A DNA stretch of 64,000 nucleotides from Tubiluchus corallicola. Lineage: Eukaryota; Animalia; Priapulida. The notes under the pieces are model-generated. The model worked only from the letters and a program-made list of their open reading frames with translations. It was not told the origin of the DNA and made no database searches. This document shows, in pieces, positions 1-13,700 of this stretch. Made by a program: the position numbers and the translations under genes. Each line of letters opens with the position of its first letter. Position 1 is the stretch's first letter. Where the stretch lies: positions 1-64,000 of the forward strand of contig JAQGDQ010000738.1 of the NCBI GenBank assembly GCA_030141605.1. Direction: 5' to 3'.

Positions 1-142
1 TTTCGTGTTTGCAAAGCCAGCATTGCAACGACCATTGTAAAGTATGATAAGGTTTGGCACTTATTACAGAAATATATGTTATCAGTTCACCTTCAAGAGT
101 TCATTTACTTGAAAGGTTAATTGAATGATTAATATTTTTCAG

Positions 143-270
143 GGGACTGTATTTGCTGGAACAGGGCAAGTACTATTTTTCAATCTTAATTGCCCAAGGT
201 GTGCTCAACTTTTTTGTTGTCGCAAATTTTGCCATGGCAACGTTTCTTGATCCTGGCGTGATTCCAAAAG
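143..270 (+). CDS. ZDHHC8: ZDHHC exon (TM2 and DPG motif)
   Basis: ttttcag acceptor; GLYLLEQ...[18 protein letters not shown]; gtttgt donor. Confidence 0.9.
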
Positions 271-3200
271 GTTTGTGATGTTTTTAACTTTGCTTTATTA
301 AAAGTAGTATCAGGAAGTTCCATACACCGAGGACCGATTTTTGATAATATTTTGTTCTGTGTCTTTTCATCTTTTTTGTCCTTTCCGTGTCTCTTTCCTT
401 GCTTCTGTTTTTCTGACGATATATATATATTAATAAAAATTAACTCAAGAAATAGGAGTTTGGCTTTAAACAAGATACTGTCGCATTTTTGGAAATTTTT
501 TCGAGCAAATCTGAGATGGTCTCCTGGGAAGTGTTTGAAAATCTAGGTGTGACGACGCGAAATTACCCTAATACAAGCAGCTATATAAACACGAAACTGG
601 TCAATAATCGACGGTCGTTCGGTAAAAGGAAACGAACATATATTGGTGTGTATTCATCCGCCGAATAAATACACTATTTACTGTAAATGATAATTTTTCA
701 TGATTTACAATATTCTTTTCATGTTCGAATTAATATTTTTAATATATTTTTCTACATTTTGTGATTTTTTATGCAAAATTCATCAAATGTGTACATTACT
801 GTACAATACGTACTACACATGTGCAAAAATACTTTAGACAGAGTACCGCAAAAACCCGCGAATCAGCGAAAATACCGCGATAAATATTTTACATTAATAT
901 TTTAGAAAACCCACGAAACAGCGAGTCCGCGATAAACGAACCGTGAAGTAGCGCGGGAACACTGTAATACAAAAACACTATGACAAAACTACAATACCTA
1001 TCATATATATCAAAGCTTTGCTCCAAAGAACATTTTGCCGCCTAAATATATATTTCTTCTTTTAATTAAATATTAGTGGATGATTTCAGTTTTTGTTTTT
1101 TCCTCCATGATTATTGTTTCCATGGATACTCGTAGTTTTGTCACGATGTTTTTGTTTTGTTCCGGATTTGAAATCATTCTTTATGTATTTCCCGACGTTG
1201 ACTGCTAGTGTTCGGTAAAACACGAATTTTTCTAATAATAATTTAAGAAAATTCATCATATTGTCGGTTTTTTATGAAATTTATACTGGCAAGTTACATT
1301 CTTGTTAAATAACCTGTTGGTTCGAACCCAGGTCTGTCTATTGCCAAGAAGACAAATTTGCTGACAATCTGAACGGTGCTTTAACCAGGCATGAGAATTT
1401 TCCGCGGATACGCGGAATTCCGAGTTTTTGGAAGACCAGTAGTGCCATTTTTGTAAATCGCGTAAATTCGTTGAGAAAATTTTTACGGACCCAGTACATT
1501 TCACAAGTTGACCGCTAGTTGGCAGGCCGTCACTTTGTTTACGTCTCGTACATCAGTGTAACCACGTGTATATCTCTATGTATAAAAACATAGAATCAAT
1601 TGTGCGGAGTTATTTGAGTCAATTGCAGACAGTTCTTATATACTTTTGCATAGAAGCGGCCAGTACTTAAGCGTTTTTGACACAATTAGGGATCATGTAT
1701 CCTTGATAGATGGGTATTTTAAATTATACATGAAACAAGATAATTGATATTTTAAGTCCACTTAGAGGTTCTCTATGGCCTACGCGGCCCATACCATACC
1801 CGGCCTGTTTCAGAGTTTTTTGCAATTTGTGATTCTCATCCTTGGCTTTAACTTTCGTTTTATATTTAACTGTAGCTGAAAACGAGGATAAGGACGATGA
1901 TTTCCGTGCTCCACTATACAAGAACGTAGAAATAAACGGAATCACCGTACGGATGAAATGGTGCACAACATGTCAGTTCTACAGACCGCCTAGGTGTTCT
2001 CACTGCAGTGTGTGTAACACGTGCATAGAAGTAAGTGACACCATCTTTGTTTAGGTTGTCTTCGTACTAGTGTCGCACAATCTACTATCTTTCTTCCTAC
2101 CATTTCCACTAACACATCCTTATACCCTTCCTGTGTGATCTAACCTTTCTCCCAGTTCTTTTTTTGTTCACTCATCCATTCTTTTTTATCGGGTTCACAT
2201 GACAGTGGGCTTATACAAGCCTTTGCTTCTCTAGCCCACTGCAGTACAATTATTTATGATAACGATAGTGTATGAAATATAATAATTTAATACAGTATGA
2301 AGTAATAATTTTGATGTCACTGTGTGCTTAATGTCATTATATTGTACTGAATGTAATAATAATAAACTAAAAAAAAGTGTTGCTAAGCATCTTGTTAAAT
2401 TTTACGCGCCTCTAAATATTGGAATCATCTGCCTGACAAAATTAAAAATGAACATGCTGCTTTAAGTTTAAAAAAGGTTAAAGCATTTCATATTAGAACA
2501 TAACTGTAATATATTCCAACTGCAATTGTTTTCAAATGTATCATTTAATGTAACGTCAAGTGTAAGTTTAGAAGAAGGAGAATGAAGAAATAGAAGTTTG
2601 AGAAGTAAGAAGAAGAAAATTCATTTTGGCACCTTTGAGTGTGCCCGGTTGCCACCTGTTGCACATTGCCCTGTTTGTTGCTATGGCTTGTTAATATTAT
2701 TAAAATTTCAATGTAAATCGTATCCCTAGAACTAGTCATTCTCCATTATTTCTCCATCTTTCTCACTACATCTTCACACTCATTATCTTCCTGGTTTTCC
2801 TTCCCTTTTATCTTCCACCTTCTGCAGTGCCTTTATCCGAACTTCCTGTTCGGATCTCATCTTACAAGTTCACCTTTCTATCTGAGCCAATAATTATCTG
2901 CACTGCATTAATCATTTGGCCATATCTTATCTGTTATTCTCATGTTATTTCTATATCAGGGGTGTGCAAATTGCGGCCTGCCGAGAGAATTTGTGCGGCC
3001 CGGGCGATTAATTGAGTGTATCCAGCTGAAGTCTGTGCCAAGACTTCCATAGAAAGCAATGTAAAAGAATCGAGATACGCTAACGCGTTCCAGCAAGGCA
3101 CGACGTTAAGTGAAGCATTGTTATGCGTTCCAGCAAAGCACGACGTTAAGCGAAACAGCATTAAATGATACCAAGACTTCCATAGAAAGAAATGTAAAAG

Positions 3201-6200
3201 GATCGAGATACGTTCCAGAGGCAAAAGTCAATGCCTCTAGATAGCGCTAAATCAATGCCTTTTATCTAGATACCTAGTCTGGTTGCTATAGCAACAGGTT
3301 GCATGAATAAAGTTTGCTCATAGGTCATACTTTATACAAACTGCTTGCATTTAAAAGTCAGTCGAGTGGTAAAAACGTGTACAGTAATTACACTGTTTAC
3401 ATTTACGTATCGTTTTAATGCGACAAATTAGGTAAAAATGGTGTTAATAAAAGAAATACTTGTCTTGAGCAAAGTAAAAAGATCGCTAAAATGAAACGTA
3501 TGTCGTTAAGTGAAGAAAAAAGATGTCAAAATGTCAGCGTCGTTAAAACGAAACGTCGCTAAACATAGAGTCGTTAGGCGAGGACTTACTGTACTTGTAA
3601 TTATTGCTGAAAAATTTTATAATGTTTTTATTTGTCTGTAGGATAGTTGCGATATATTCAAAATTTTCAAGCAATGATTGATATCCGCCAGTAGTTTAAT
3701 TTCTAAGTGTAAATATTAGTATTTATTATGTGAATATTTATCTTATAATATTAAGTACTCGTAACGAAACCTGTTAACATATACTCTATTATTTTTTAGA
3801 CGTTTGACCACCACTGTCCGTGGGTCAATAATTGTATTGGTCGAAGAAACTATCGCTATTTCTTTCTCTTTCTGCTGTCGCTCACTCTTCACATGCTGGG
3901 CGTGTTTGGAATGTGCATCTGGTTTGTGTTGCTACGCAAAGATGGAGATCACTTCTTCAAAGAAGCTGACAGCTTGATAACGTATCTTTTTGCTCTTGTT
4001 TTCTAAATGTGCCCGTTTTGTACAATCTGTTGTGTTTTGTCTCTCTCGGAAGGCTCGTAGAGAAAACCAGAAAACACTTCATGAAATTAAACTAGTTTAT
4101 TAAGCGAGAATTCTACAACGCAAAAGTATGAAGAAACGCGAAATGTTTACACTAAACGTGAAAATCTGGAAAACGTTTCAGTGTACCTGAAAATACAAGT
4201 ATATAAGAGAATGTGTAAGTGGCGTCTGTGTGAATCAGGTGTGTGTCTCTCTCAGCGGCCTGCTTCGCCTTATATAGGGTGCCAGGGAACATTCTAGACG
4301 TTTCTTTCCAGAACATTCTACAAGGTAAGACGATTATTCTAACGGAACATTCTACAATGTTCTATTTAATTAGCATAGTATATAGATTTGTTAATATACT
4401 TCTGAATACGCTAAGGCTGAATTTTTTGGAATCGCTTTGTGAAATGCTACGCACCTTTCGTCGGGCGCCACGCAATTTTAGTTTTGCGTTGCATTCATTG
4501 TTAACCAATTTTTGCGGAGTTATTTGATTCCGTGTAAAAGCATTATAACTTTCTAAAAGCTACCTGTTTTGAGTTTGTGTATATTTCATGGCTGGTAGTA
4601 GTTACACATTCTCAAGCAAAATACACCTGATCTGCCAAAAATGGTTAACATATTGTTACGAAGGCAGATTTTGACCAACCCCCTAATGTTAGTAATGGGT
4701 ATGGTTGAGAAGCCCAGTAATGCAAATGTATCTGTATAAAACAGAATGCACGCGGTAATTTGACGATTCCAACCTGGCCTTTCTGTCTGTAAGTGTGAAT
4801 GCTGTAGGTTTGCTGACTTTTATACAAAAGTCTGTTCACATGTCATGGAGCTACTGGTTGTGCATTAAAGTTTATTTTGCATTCGTATTCTTTTTACTTT
4901 TCTCGTCTGCTGTAAAGTATTTCATAACTTGTATGTCACTCTATACATCCTGAGACGGATTCGCGCTGGAACCCGGATCAGTTACACTAGTGTCAGAAGT
5001 GGGATCCGTTACATCCGATTCTACCTACCATGAGCTGCTTGCTTGCCCGCTGGCAAGGACAATTGACTTGCTGCGAGCTTCCTATCTGGATGTATTTACG
5101 GAAGCATTAACCCATTGGCAAGTGTGTTCTTCGTTTGCTTGGATACCTGGCTTTAATAAAGCTGTTTTGTTCATTTCAGCCAATTATGTCATCTTAGCCA
5201 GTTCCAGTTGTGAATAAATCCTGGGGAAAGTAACCCGGGGAATGTACTGGGGAAAGTATCCCGGGGAATATACTGGGGAAAGTGTCCTGGGGAATATACT
5301 GGGGAAAGTATCATAGTTACGCTCAGCGGTTCTTCTTACAATTTAGAAGAAGTCTTCACAGTTTTGCTATGCGCCCGCACAGTTGCTTCAGGTCAAAGGT
5401 TTAGGATACCACAGTGACGCGTCTTAACTGCAACTGTCACGTCACGTGGATAAAACAAAGCCGTCTGCCGCATCAGTTCAGTAACTTCAGTTGTTTTATG
5501 CGGACTTTACTTAATTATGCATTAGTCTGTGCGTAGAATGATTTGCTTGTAGGATCTTGCTTGGGAACAAGAAAAAATGAACTAGTTAAGATTCTACTTA
5601 GCTGTAAAAACTGTTACTATTACAAAAGCTTGGTCAGCGAGGCATTGTCAAGAGTACGCAAATGTGTTGTCTGGTACACTTAACCTTTGACCTCGTCATC
5701 AATCGCTGGAACTGTGAAATGGCTTATTGTTCAGTTTATTTGATCTCAACTTTTCTTAGAAGCAATCTTCTTTTCGAATTAAGTAAAAAAAATATTTTTT
5801 TTAGAACTTCACAAATGTGTAACTAAATTAAACAGAATAATCGTGTAATTGAAATGTTTTTAACATAACATTCGAAAGAATCGGACAAAATCTGGACCAT
5901 TAAGAAGTCTCGCATACTTCAGACACAATCAGTTATTTCTCGTGCTGACCTCTAGTTGGCAGGCCGTCTCTTTGTTTACATCACGTACATCAGTGTAACC
6001 ACTTGTGTATCTCTATATATATAAAAATGTAGAATCAATTATGCGGAGTTATTTGAGTCAAATGCTGACAGTTTTTACATTCTTTTGCACAGGCCTGTAC
6101 TAGAGACAATTAGGTGTTTGACTCAACATTGCCGTGAGACTAATACACGGCGCCTACTGTATTAGCTTAGTATTGGTGAATACCGACAATCGGCAAATTG

Positions 6201-7659
6201 GACTGACGTCTCCCCACTTTTGTCCGGCAAACCAAGATACAGTCAACCCTCGTTAAACCGGACTAATATCGTGGGTGGGTGTTCCGATTTATCCGATATG
6301 CCTATATACGGTCTATATTATACGGGAATAATCACCTTAATAAGGCCTATCTACATTGCACTATATACTATACTGTATATTACTTTAAAATAGTTAACCT
6401 GTGAGGATAAAGAAATTATTGTACAGTTAGTAGGCCGTGTTGTGTTTAGCGCTCGGGCTCTGACGGAAATCGGTCAGTTTCCTTTACCACCGATGACGTC
6501 CGTCTTATCCGATATCCGGGCTAACGGGGTCCGGTTTAACGAGGGTCGATTGTATGACTGTACCGTATCTTTACTAATTAAGTAGTTTTATGAGTTTATT
6601 TTCTTAATTCTGTGCACTAGCTTGGTTATCATGGGCATCATATCTCTTCTAATGATTCCTATTATTGGTTTAACTGGATTCCATATCGTTCTTGTGTCCA
6701 GAGGCCGTACCACCAATGAACAAGTAAGTTTAATTAAGTCCAACAGATTTTGTTAATTTATTCTGTCGTTAGAACACTTCATTCATTGACAAATCACTAG
6801 ATTTAATTTATAAATGAAAGGTACATTTTAAAACGTATCATACTATGACAATAATGTAATGTTTATTTACGAAAAAAGTTTGCGGGAGGTGGCCATTGCT
6901 GAAATGAAAACAACCGCCATTTTTATCATCTCTAGTCAGCCTTGTTGTTGGCATCCTTCTGTCTCGAAAGACAATGGAATGTGCGCCAAGAGAGTCCGAT
7001 CCTTGAACGTCTCCAGGGCGCACGCCTGGGCAAGGTGTATGGAGACCCTGAGTTGCCCAGACAACAGGAACCCCCTCTCTTCCTCCCTGGTGTAGTCCAA
7101 AGGAAAGCGGAGCGATACGTTTGGCACCAGGTTGGCTGCAGGAGCTGCCGGAGTCAGTGAGCATGCTGCACTGGTCCGCCTTCGGGGCTCCACTCCTGAT
7201 TTCGAAGGTTTACTCTACACATGGCCGTTGGGTCACTTGACCTCCTCCGCCCTCTAGCCGTTGGCTGCTTATGCAGCTCCTCCGCCTAGTGTCGAGATAC
7301 AGTGTGGGCATCCCGCAAGCCTACAGCACCTGGTACTCTTAGGCGGTCACCCATCCAAGTACTAACCAGGTTCTACATTCTACATTTCTAGATGATCAGA
7401 CGAGAACCGGCATTTCCAACGTGATTTGGCCGTGGTCAGCCTTATTCAGCTTGAACACTTCTAATTATTTTTTTATTGATTCTAGAACACTACAAATTAT
7501 TATATTCATTTTATTAGTAAAGAAATGTCAATGATTTCAAAATATTCTTTATATTACTCTATGGTAGTTTGCTAAAATTTGTTCATTAGAATTTTGTTTG
7601 TTGTAACAGTTACTATTTAAAGAAACTGTAACTAGTTAGTTTTCTGATGTTGGAGAAGC

Positions 7660-7708
<49 letters not shown>

Positions 7709-10700
7709 GTAATAATAATAATAATAATCTTTATTTAAAGTGGGTTTTTATGTCAACAATTAACATTAGCTCAAAGAGCTATTATCGCCGACTGTAAATT
7801 ACAACCTACAACTACATAACAGAGACTATTATTACCCCACTTTTACCCTAAATACCACGCCTCAGGCAGGGCAATAGCAGGTAACATTTTTAAAGTGTTT
7901 GGTATGACCCGGCCGCTGATTCGAACTCACGACCTCCCAGACGGAATGCAGACGCAGTACCACTAGACTAAAAGGTCTGGTCTAAAGCAACTGTAACAAG
8001 TTTCATTTTCAAAACTGTAACTGTAGTTACAGTAGTTACAATAGAAAAAATAGCAAATGGTCTTCCCAGCACTGTGTACATGTATTATGGTTTGCTGAAT
8101 TAAACTTTTGTTTTTTTATGTCGTCGTTAAAGATATACAAATGAACATTTTTCCCAGTCCGGAAGGTTGTTTAGCACGATTTATGTAACCAAAATTCATC
8201 ACTAACGTTGCCTATCGCCTCTGTAGGTAACTGGGAAGTTTAGAGGAGGTTACAATCCGTTCCACCGAGGATGCTGCAGCAACTGTGCCTGGGCACTTTG
8301 TGGACCCATTTATCCAAGGTAACTAATTATGGTTAGCGCATCGATTCGCGGATGCAAAGGGGCTGAAACTTCATTCCGATGCTAATGTAACCTGGCGCAA
8401 GATCGTTATTGTGCTTGGCTGATATGGAAGTTGAAAAAATGTTTCGCAAGAATGAGGACTGGTGCAAAGTCCGTACTTGAAGACACTGGAGGGCCATCTT
8501 TGGTTTTTTTTAGTACTCAAGAAAATCAGTGTGCGAGTGCAAAATATTCTAGAGATATTTCTTGTAATCCTGCAGACAGAAAACTTTTAAAATTATAAAC
8601 CCCATAGATGCTAATGACAGACGCTATTGCGTTGCTCACAAGCAAAACATGTAAGAGCGAGATGAGAGTACATTTATTCTCTGTCAACCATCACAGCAAA
8701 TCCTTTGGGAGCAGTAAGATGCATTAGCATTCAGAGATGTGTGTTATGGATATGAATTTGAATACATAATGATGCTGTGCATAACTGTGAATCATTTGAG
8801 ATGTTTATATAGGGTTTTTATAACAAACAGGTAAGTAAATACTGTACAGTAATGCTGCCTGATGAATTTGTTTCATATTTTATCACCTATGTTTAATAAA
8901 CATTGGTCACCTTTAGTACATTCATTTCTAAGTCTCTTGCCATCAGTAAAGATCAGTAAAAATAAGAGTTATATGTTTGCAGTGGTTTTCAACCTTTTTT
9001 AATGTCGTCCACCCCTAGTGGTGATTAAGTAGAAGCTGTCCACCCCCCACCCCGAAAAAAGTCTCATTAAAAATCTCACGTTTTTAATATTTAAAATCTA
9101 TGTTTCATATCTCATTTTTATGACTGTGTAAACAGAAAAAAGCAGTTTCTCTTATTTTTTATTTAATTTTTACTTATTCATCCACATATTTACACACCTC
9201 ATCTCAAACTAAGAGGCTGAAAATACACAAGATAACATTAAACCATTCAGACGCATTTTCCTTCACTAAAGAAAAATTGCAGACAATGTTTGCTATATTT
9301 TGTACGGTATTAATAAATAAAACAAATAGTTATCCTTTAAAAGAATCAGTGGCTTGGCTGCTGTTGCACTTTGTCTGCTATCAGGTTGAATCCAGGTTTC
9401 AGACGATTTTCAAGTGCAACTCGCATGAGAGGATCCAAGTTCAGGATTGTATTCCCTTTTCTTTGTCTTCACCAAAACTAAACTAGAGAAGCCTTGCTCA
9501 CACAATTATGATGTTGGCATCTGTACAAATATGGCTATTGCCTGCTCAGATAGATCTTTGTACAGTCAACCCTCGTTAAACCGGACTAATTGTGGGGGGG
9601 GGGTCCGGTTTAGCCGATAGTCCGTTTTATCCGATATGCCTATATATGGTCTATATTATACAGGAATAATCACCTTAATAAGGCCTATATTCATTGCACT
9701 ATATACTGTGCACTATATTATTGTACAGTTGGTAGGCCATGTTGTGTTTAGCGCTCCGGCTCGGACGGAAATCGGTCAGTTTCTTTTACCATGGATGACG
9801 TCTTATCCGATATCCGGGCTAACGGGGTCCGGTATAACGAGGGTCGACTGTACCCTGGAATATCAGGCAGGATAACGCTATTGTCTAGTTTCATTGGGGA
9901 GAACATTTATCAGTTCTTAAAAATGTCAGTTCAAGCTGTTTTGCAATACTTGTTATTCAATAAAAATATGTTTAAACTAAATATCTTTAATAATAATAAT
10001 CTGAGATGTTGTCCCACGTGAGCTGTTGTTTGTTAGTTGGTGAGGTGCAACACAAAAGCTTGAAGTTCCCAAAAGTTTCCAAAGATCAAAAGTCTGGAAT
10101 GAGATTTGTCAATCCGCAAAAAATAGCAGATCTTTTACTAGATTTAAAAAAATGCTAAAAAATCAAATTTTAAGTAAGTATCAGTGAGCAATCAAAACTT
10201 CTATCAGTATCCATCCTCACAGTGCTGGTATCTTAATCAAGTTATCTTAATTTTACATACTATTAACAAATAATAATCTTTCTATCTTTTATATCATCTC
10301 ATATATGAGCATCATTCATTACATCATTCCATTTTAAGCACTAAATGTTTTCTTTATCATACGATTCACATTAAATTTTCAGATTATTTCCATTACTTTT
10401 TTTTCTTTCACTGTGTGGGACAATCTAACAAGCCCTGCTTTTTGATTGCCCGCAACACATTTACCTTCGTACATAAGTGAACAGTGTTTGAGGCTTTTCC
10501 TGTGCAGTATTTCTTATTTGTATTACGTTCATTGTAGGCCCTTTCACTAGATATTGTACATGAAACTATTGTAAATGTGTAATGTGAAATAAATGACTTA
10601 TGGCTTATGACAGCCCTTGAAAATAGGGCTGTCATTTTTGAGTAAACTGTTTTAGTCCCCGCGGCCGATCCCTTAACGGCACCTTGGGTTTGCTGAACTC

Positions 10701-13700
10701 TGCGCAGCGCGTTACATAGTTTTTCTTCTTGATGCTGGATGCATTTTGCATGATCAGGCATGTCTGTACTACATTCAAACTCCAGAACATCCAAATATGT
10801 TTAATATGCAGCAATTGTCGTTTTATCTGTAATGATAAATTACAGCAATAAGTTTTCAATGAAAAACATAAGTTTGATAAAGGTAAATTACTAAATTAAG
10901 TTACGTGAAATCGTCTATAATTATACAAAAAAATAACAGCGAAATAGCCCTAATTGTATAAAGCAGTTCAGTAAAGATAATTAGACACTTACATGTGGTC
11001 TCTCTGAGTTTTGACGCTTATAACTTCCAAAAAAACAATAGAAATCAATTCACATCATATCAACTTGAATTGCAGACCAGGTAATGTCTACCTGGCCAAC
11101 TACCTGGTCACATGACTGATGACAGTTAAAGGGGCAAGACCAAATTTAACAGGTAGGGAAACGTGTATGTGCATAACAGTGTTGCCGGGCCTAACCCGTA
11201 AAAATATGCACCTTTTTAAATTTGTGTTCGCTCAATGTTAGTTTTTCTTTCATTTGTAGGTACGGCCAATATTACAGGAAAGGGTCTTCCTTGAAAATAA
11301 TGCCGGCAACGATGATTTCAACGGGAATTACTTCAGCCGATCTGAAGGTGTCTATGATTAACAAGAATGGCCCCAAAGTCCAGTCACCGCCTTCCGAAGT
11401 ATGTACCCAGTGTATGAAAATCTAGTGTTTCATATCTAATGAGAAAGATGTTTATATTGTGCGTGTATAAAGCTAGAATGAACAGAGGGTCGATGCTTTG
11501 GCCCCGCAAAAAAATTTGCGTATAAATACACGTATAATAACAAATACGTGAACATCCTACATAGTCCTTGTTTATAACGCAAAGCCAGCAGCAGCTTTTA
11601 CTGAATTAAAGTTATAAGATTATAGACAGAGTATAATGAATGACGTCACAACATTTTCTAAGCGAAAATTGTCAAAAATAGAACATCTAATTAACTCGTC
11701 GGCACTCATTTGTGTTTGATGTTTCAGCTTTCCAAAGTGATGGAGAATTTATTATCAGGCCGTAAACCCGATTAGCGATAGGTGATTTTGGAATTCGATT
11801 ATAATCTAGTTCTTGTCATTTTTTTTGTTTTAGCCGTTTTTCTTCAAACATTCCTGAAATATAGTCTTTAAACTTCTTCATGGATTTCGTCACTGTCTGC
11901 CCCTGTCTGCCCTCTACACGCAAACTATTGTTATGTATGCGGATTCGTTAGCTATTCAATTACTACGATAGTACACGCATCACATGACAACGAATTTGAA
12001 GCTCACACACTTTGCAACACTGTAGCTTGCAATTGTGTGCTGGTGTGTAAGGCAAAATAAGAGAAAAAAATGGAAGGATTCTGTTTATTTGTGCTAAAAC
12101 ACTTTTTAGTCAACGTGTAACATGCATATTTTGCTGAAGATTCATTGAACTACTGTTCACTCGCCGTATATATTGATTTGTGGATGGTTGTAATCTCGAT
12201 TAATTCGATTACTGTATTAATCGCCCGTCATTATACCCGTTGGTTGTTTTATATTACTAATCGGATAGCAGATGTTCTAGTTATTAAGAGGAATTCATGT
12301 CTGCAGTAGACATGCACTTTTTGTAATAAGGTATTTCCAACTGAAGAACATTTCATCAGTCTGTTTTTCATTCAAAATCTTGTTCAGAGGCGGGTTGTTT
12401 TGTAGCGTTAAATTACACCTAGGATCTTCGTGTGGTGTCTTAACCACAGTAAAACTTAAAGGATAAGAGAGGGCGTACTTGAAGTAGGTTTCAGAAAAAT
12501 TATTCTTATTTAATTATACTACTATACATCACTTATCAGGGATGAGAATTTTCTGCGGATACGTGGAATTCCGAGTTTTTGGAAGACCAGTAGTGCCATT
12601 TTTGTAAATCGCGTAAATTCGTTGAGAAAATTTTTACGGACCCAGTACATTATTTCACAAACTGACCGCTAGTTGTCAGGCCGTCACTTTGTTTACATCA
12701 CGTACATCAGTGTAACCACGTGTAGATCTCTATGTATTAAAATATAGAATCAATTGTGCGGAGTTATTTGAGTCAATTGCAGACAATTTTTATATACTTT
12801 TGCATAGGAGTGGCCAGTACTTAGGTGTTTTTGAGACAATTAGGTATCACGTATCCTTGATAGTTGGGTATTTTAATTTATGCATGAAACAAGGCAATTG
12901 ATACCTTAAGTCCATTTAGAGGCTATCTATATGGCCCCTGGCCTGTTTCAGAGTTTTTTGCAATTTGTCACTCTCATCCCTGTTTTATGCGTATATCGTA
13001 CTCGCGTTGAAAGGACTTGTTGTTTGTTTTCATTTTAAATCTCCCGCAATATTGTTCCGAAGTCGCCATTACATGACATCATGTACACAAACATCAGTGA
13101 AAGAAATCACAAGGTTAAACTATGTCCCAAAAATCTTTTTGTAAAGTTATGTAACTAGAAATAATAATTTGAAATATTTGTGCCAATTGGTAAAATGTCG
13201 CTGACTCACCCGCTAGGGTGCGCCACTCACTAGCCAAAAACGCATTTTTAATCTTATTGACAAGATACAGTGATTTAAAATTTTACTCATTTAGCAAGAT
13301 GTATGTTACGAATGCTCTGATTATTTTTCAAACTCGGTGTTCTCTAAAATTGTTTCAAATGACCTACCATCAAAATGGCTGCGCCTAGCGGTCATCGTGG
13401 GAGTTTAAATTTACAAGTTTTGTACAGCGTTGCAGCCAATGCAAGCCCTGCATGCAAAAAGCGAGTATGTTAGTGGTATTAAATTTCGAGACAAATTTTT
13501 AAAGTTTTATGTAAATTGAGGGTTTTCTTGCACTTTAACGTTTTTCAAAATTGCAAATGCGATGTTGTGTAAAATGGCCATTTGTTGAATCCGCACGTTG
13601 TTTTGTTACTTAAACATATTTTATTTTCAGGTAACCAAACTTCCTAACCACTACAACGTATTCGAAATGGATGACGAGCTCTCACTGCAGAATCGACAGA

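Larger units (their letters stand above)
3982..6620 (+). other. probable U12-type (minor spliceosome) GT-AG intron
   Basis: 5' site GTATCTTTTT (consensus RTATCCTTT); branch-like TTTTCTTAAT about 11 nt before a TAG acceptor that lacks a polypyrimidine tract. Confidence 0.8.

Noticed and set aside
7317-7437. Functional 5S rRNA gene
   Set aside because: Box A region altered, no T-run terminator, continuous with a SINE body and bounded by a TSD
7895-7982. tRNA gene
   Set aside because: A and B boxes present but no convincing cloverleaf; continues into a SINE core
10408-10794. Recurrent small ORF ending [11 protein letters not shown] (also 37473-37796 and 41729-41986)
   Set aside because: Antisense reading of the LINE family F 3' UTR; recurrence reflects repeat copies
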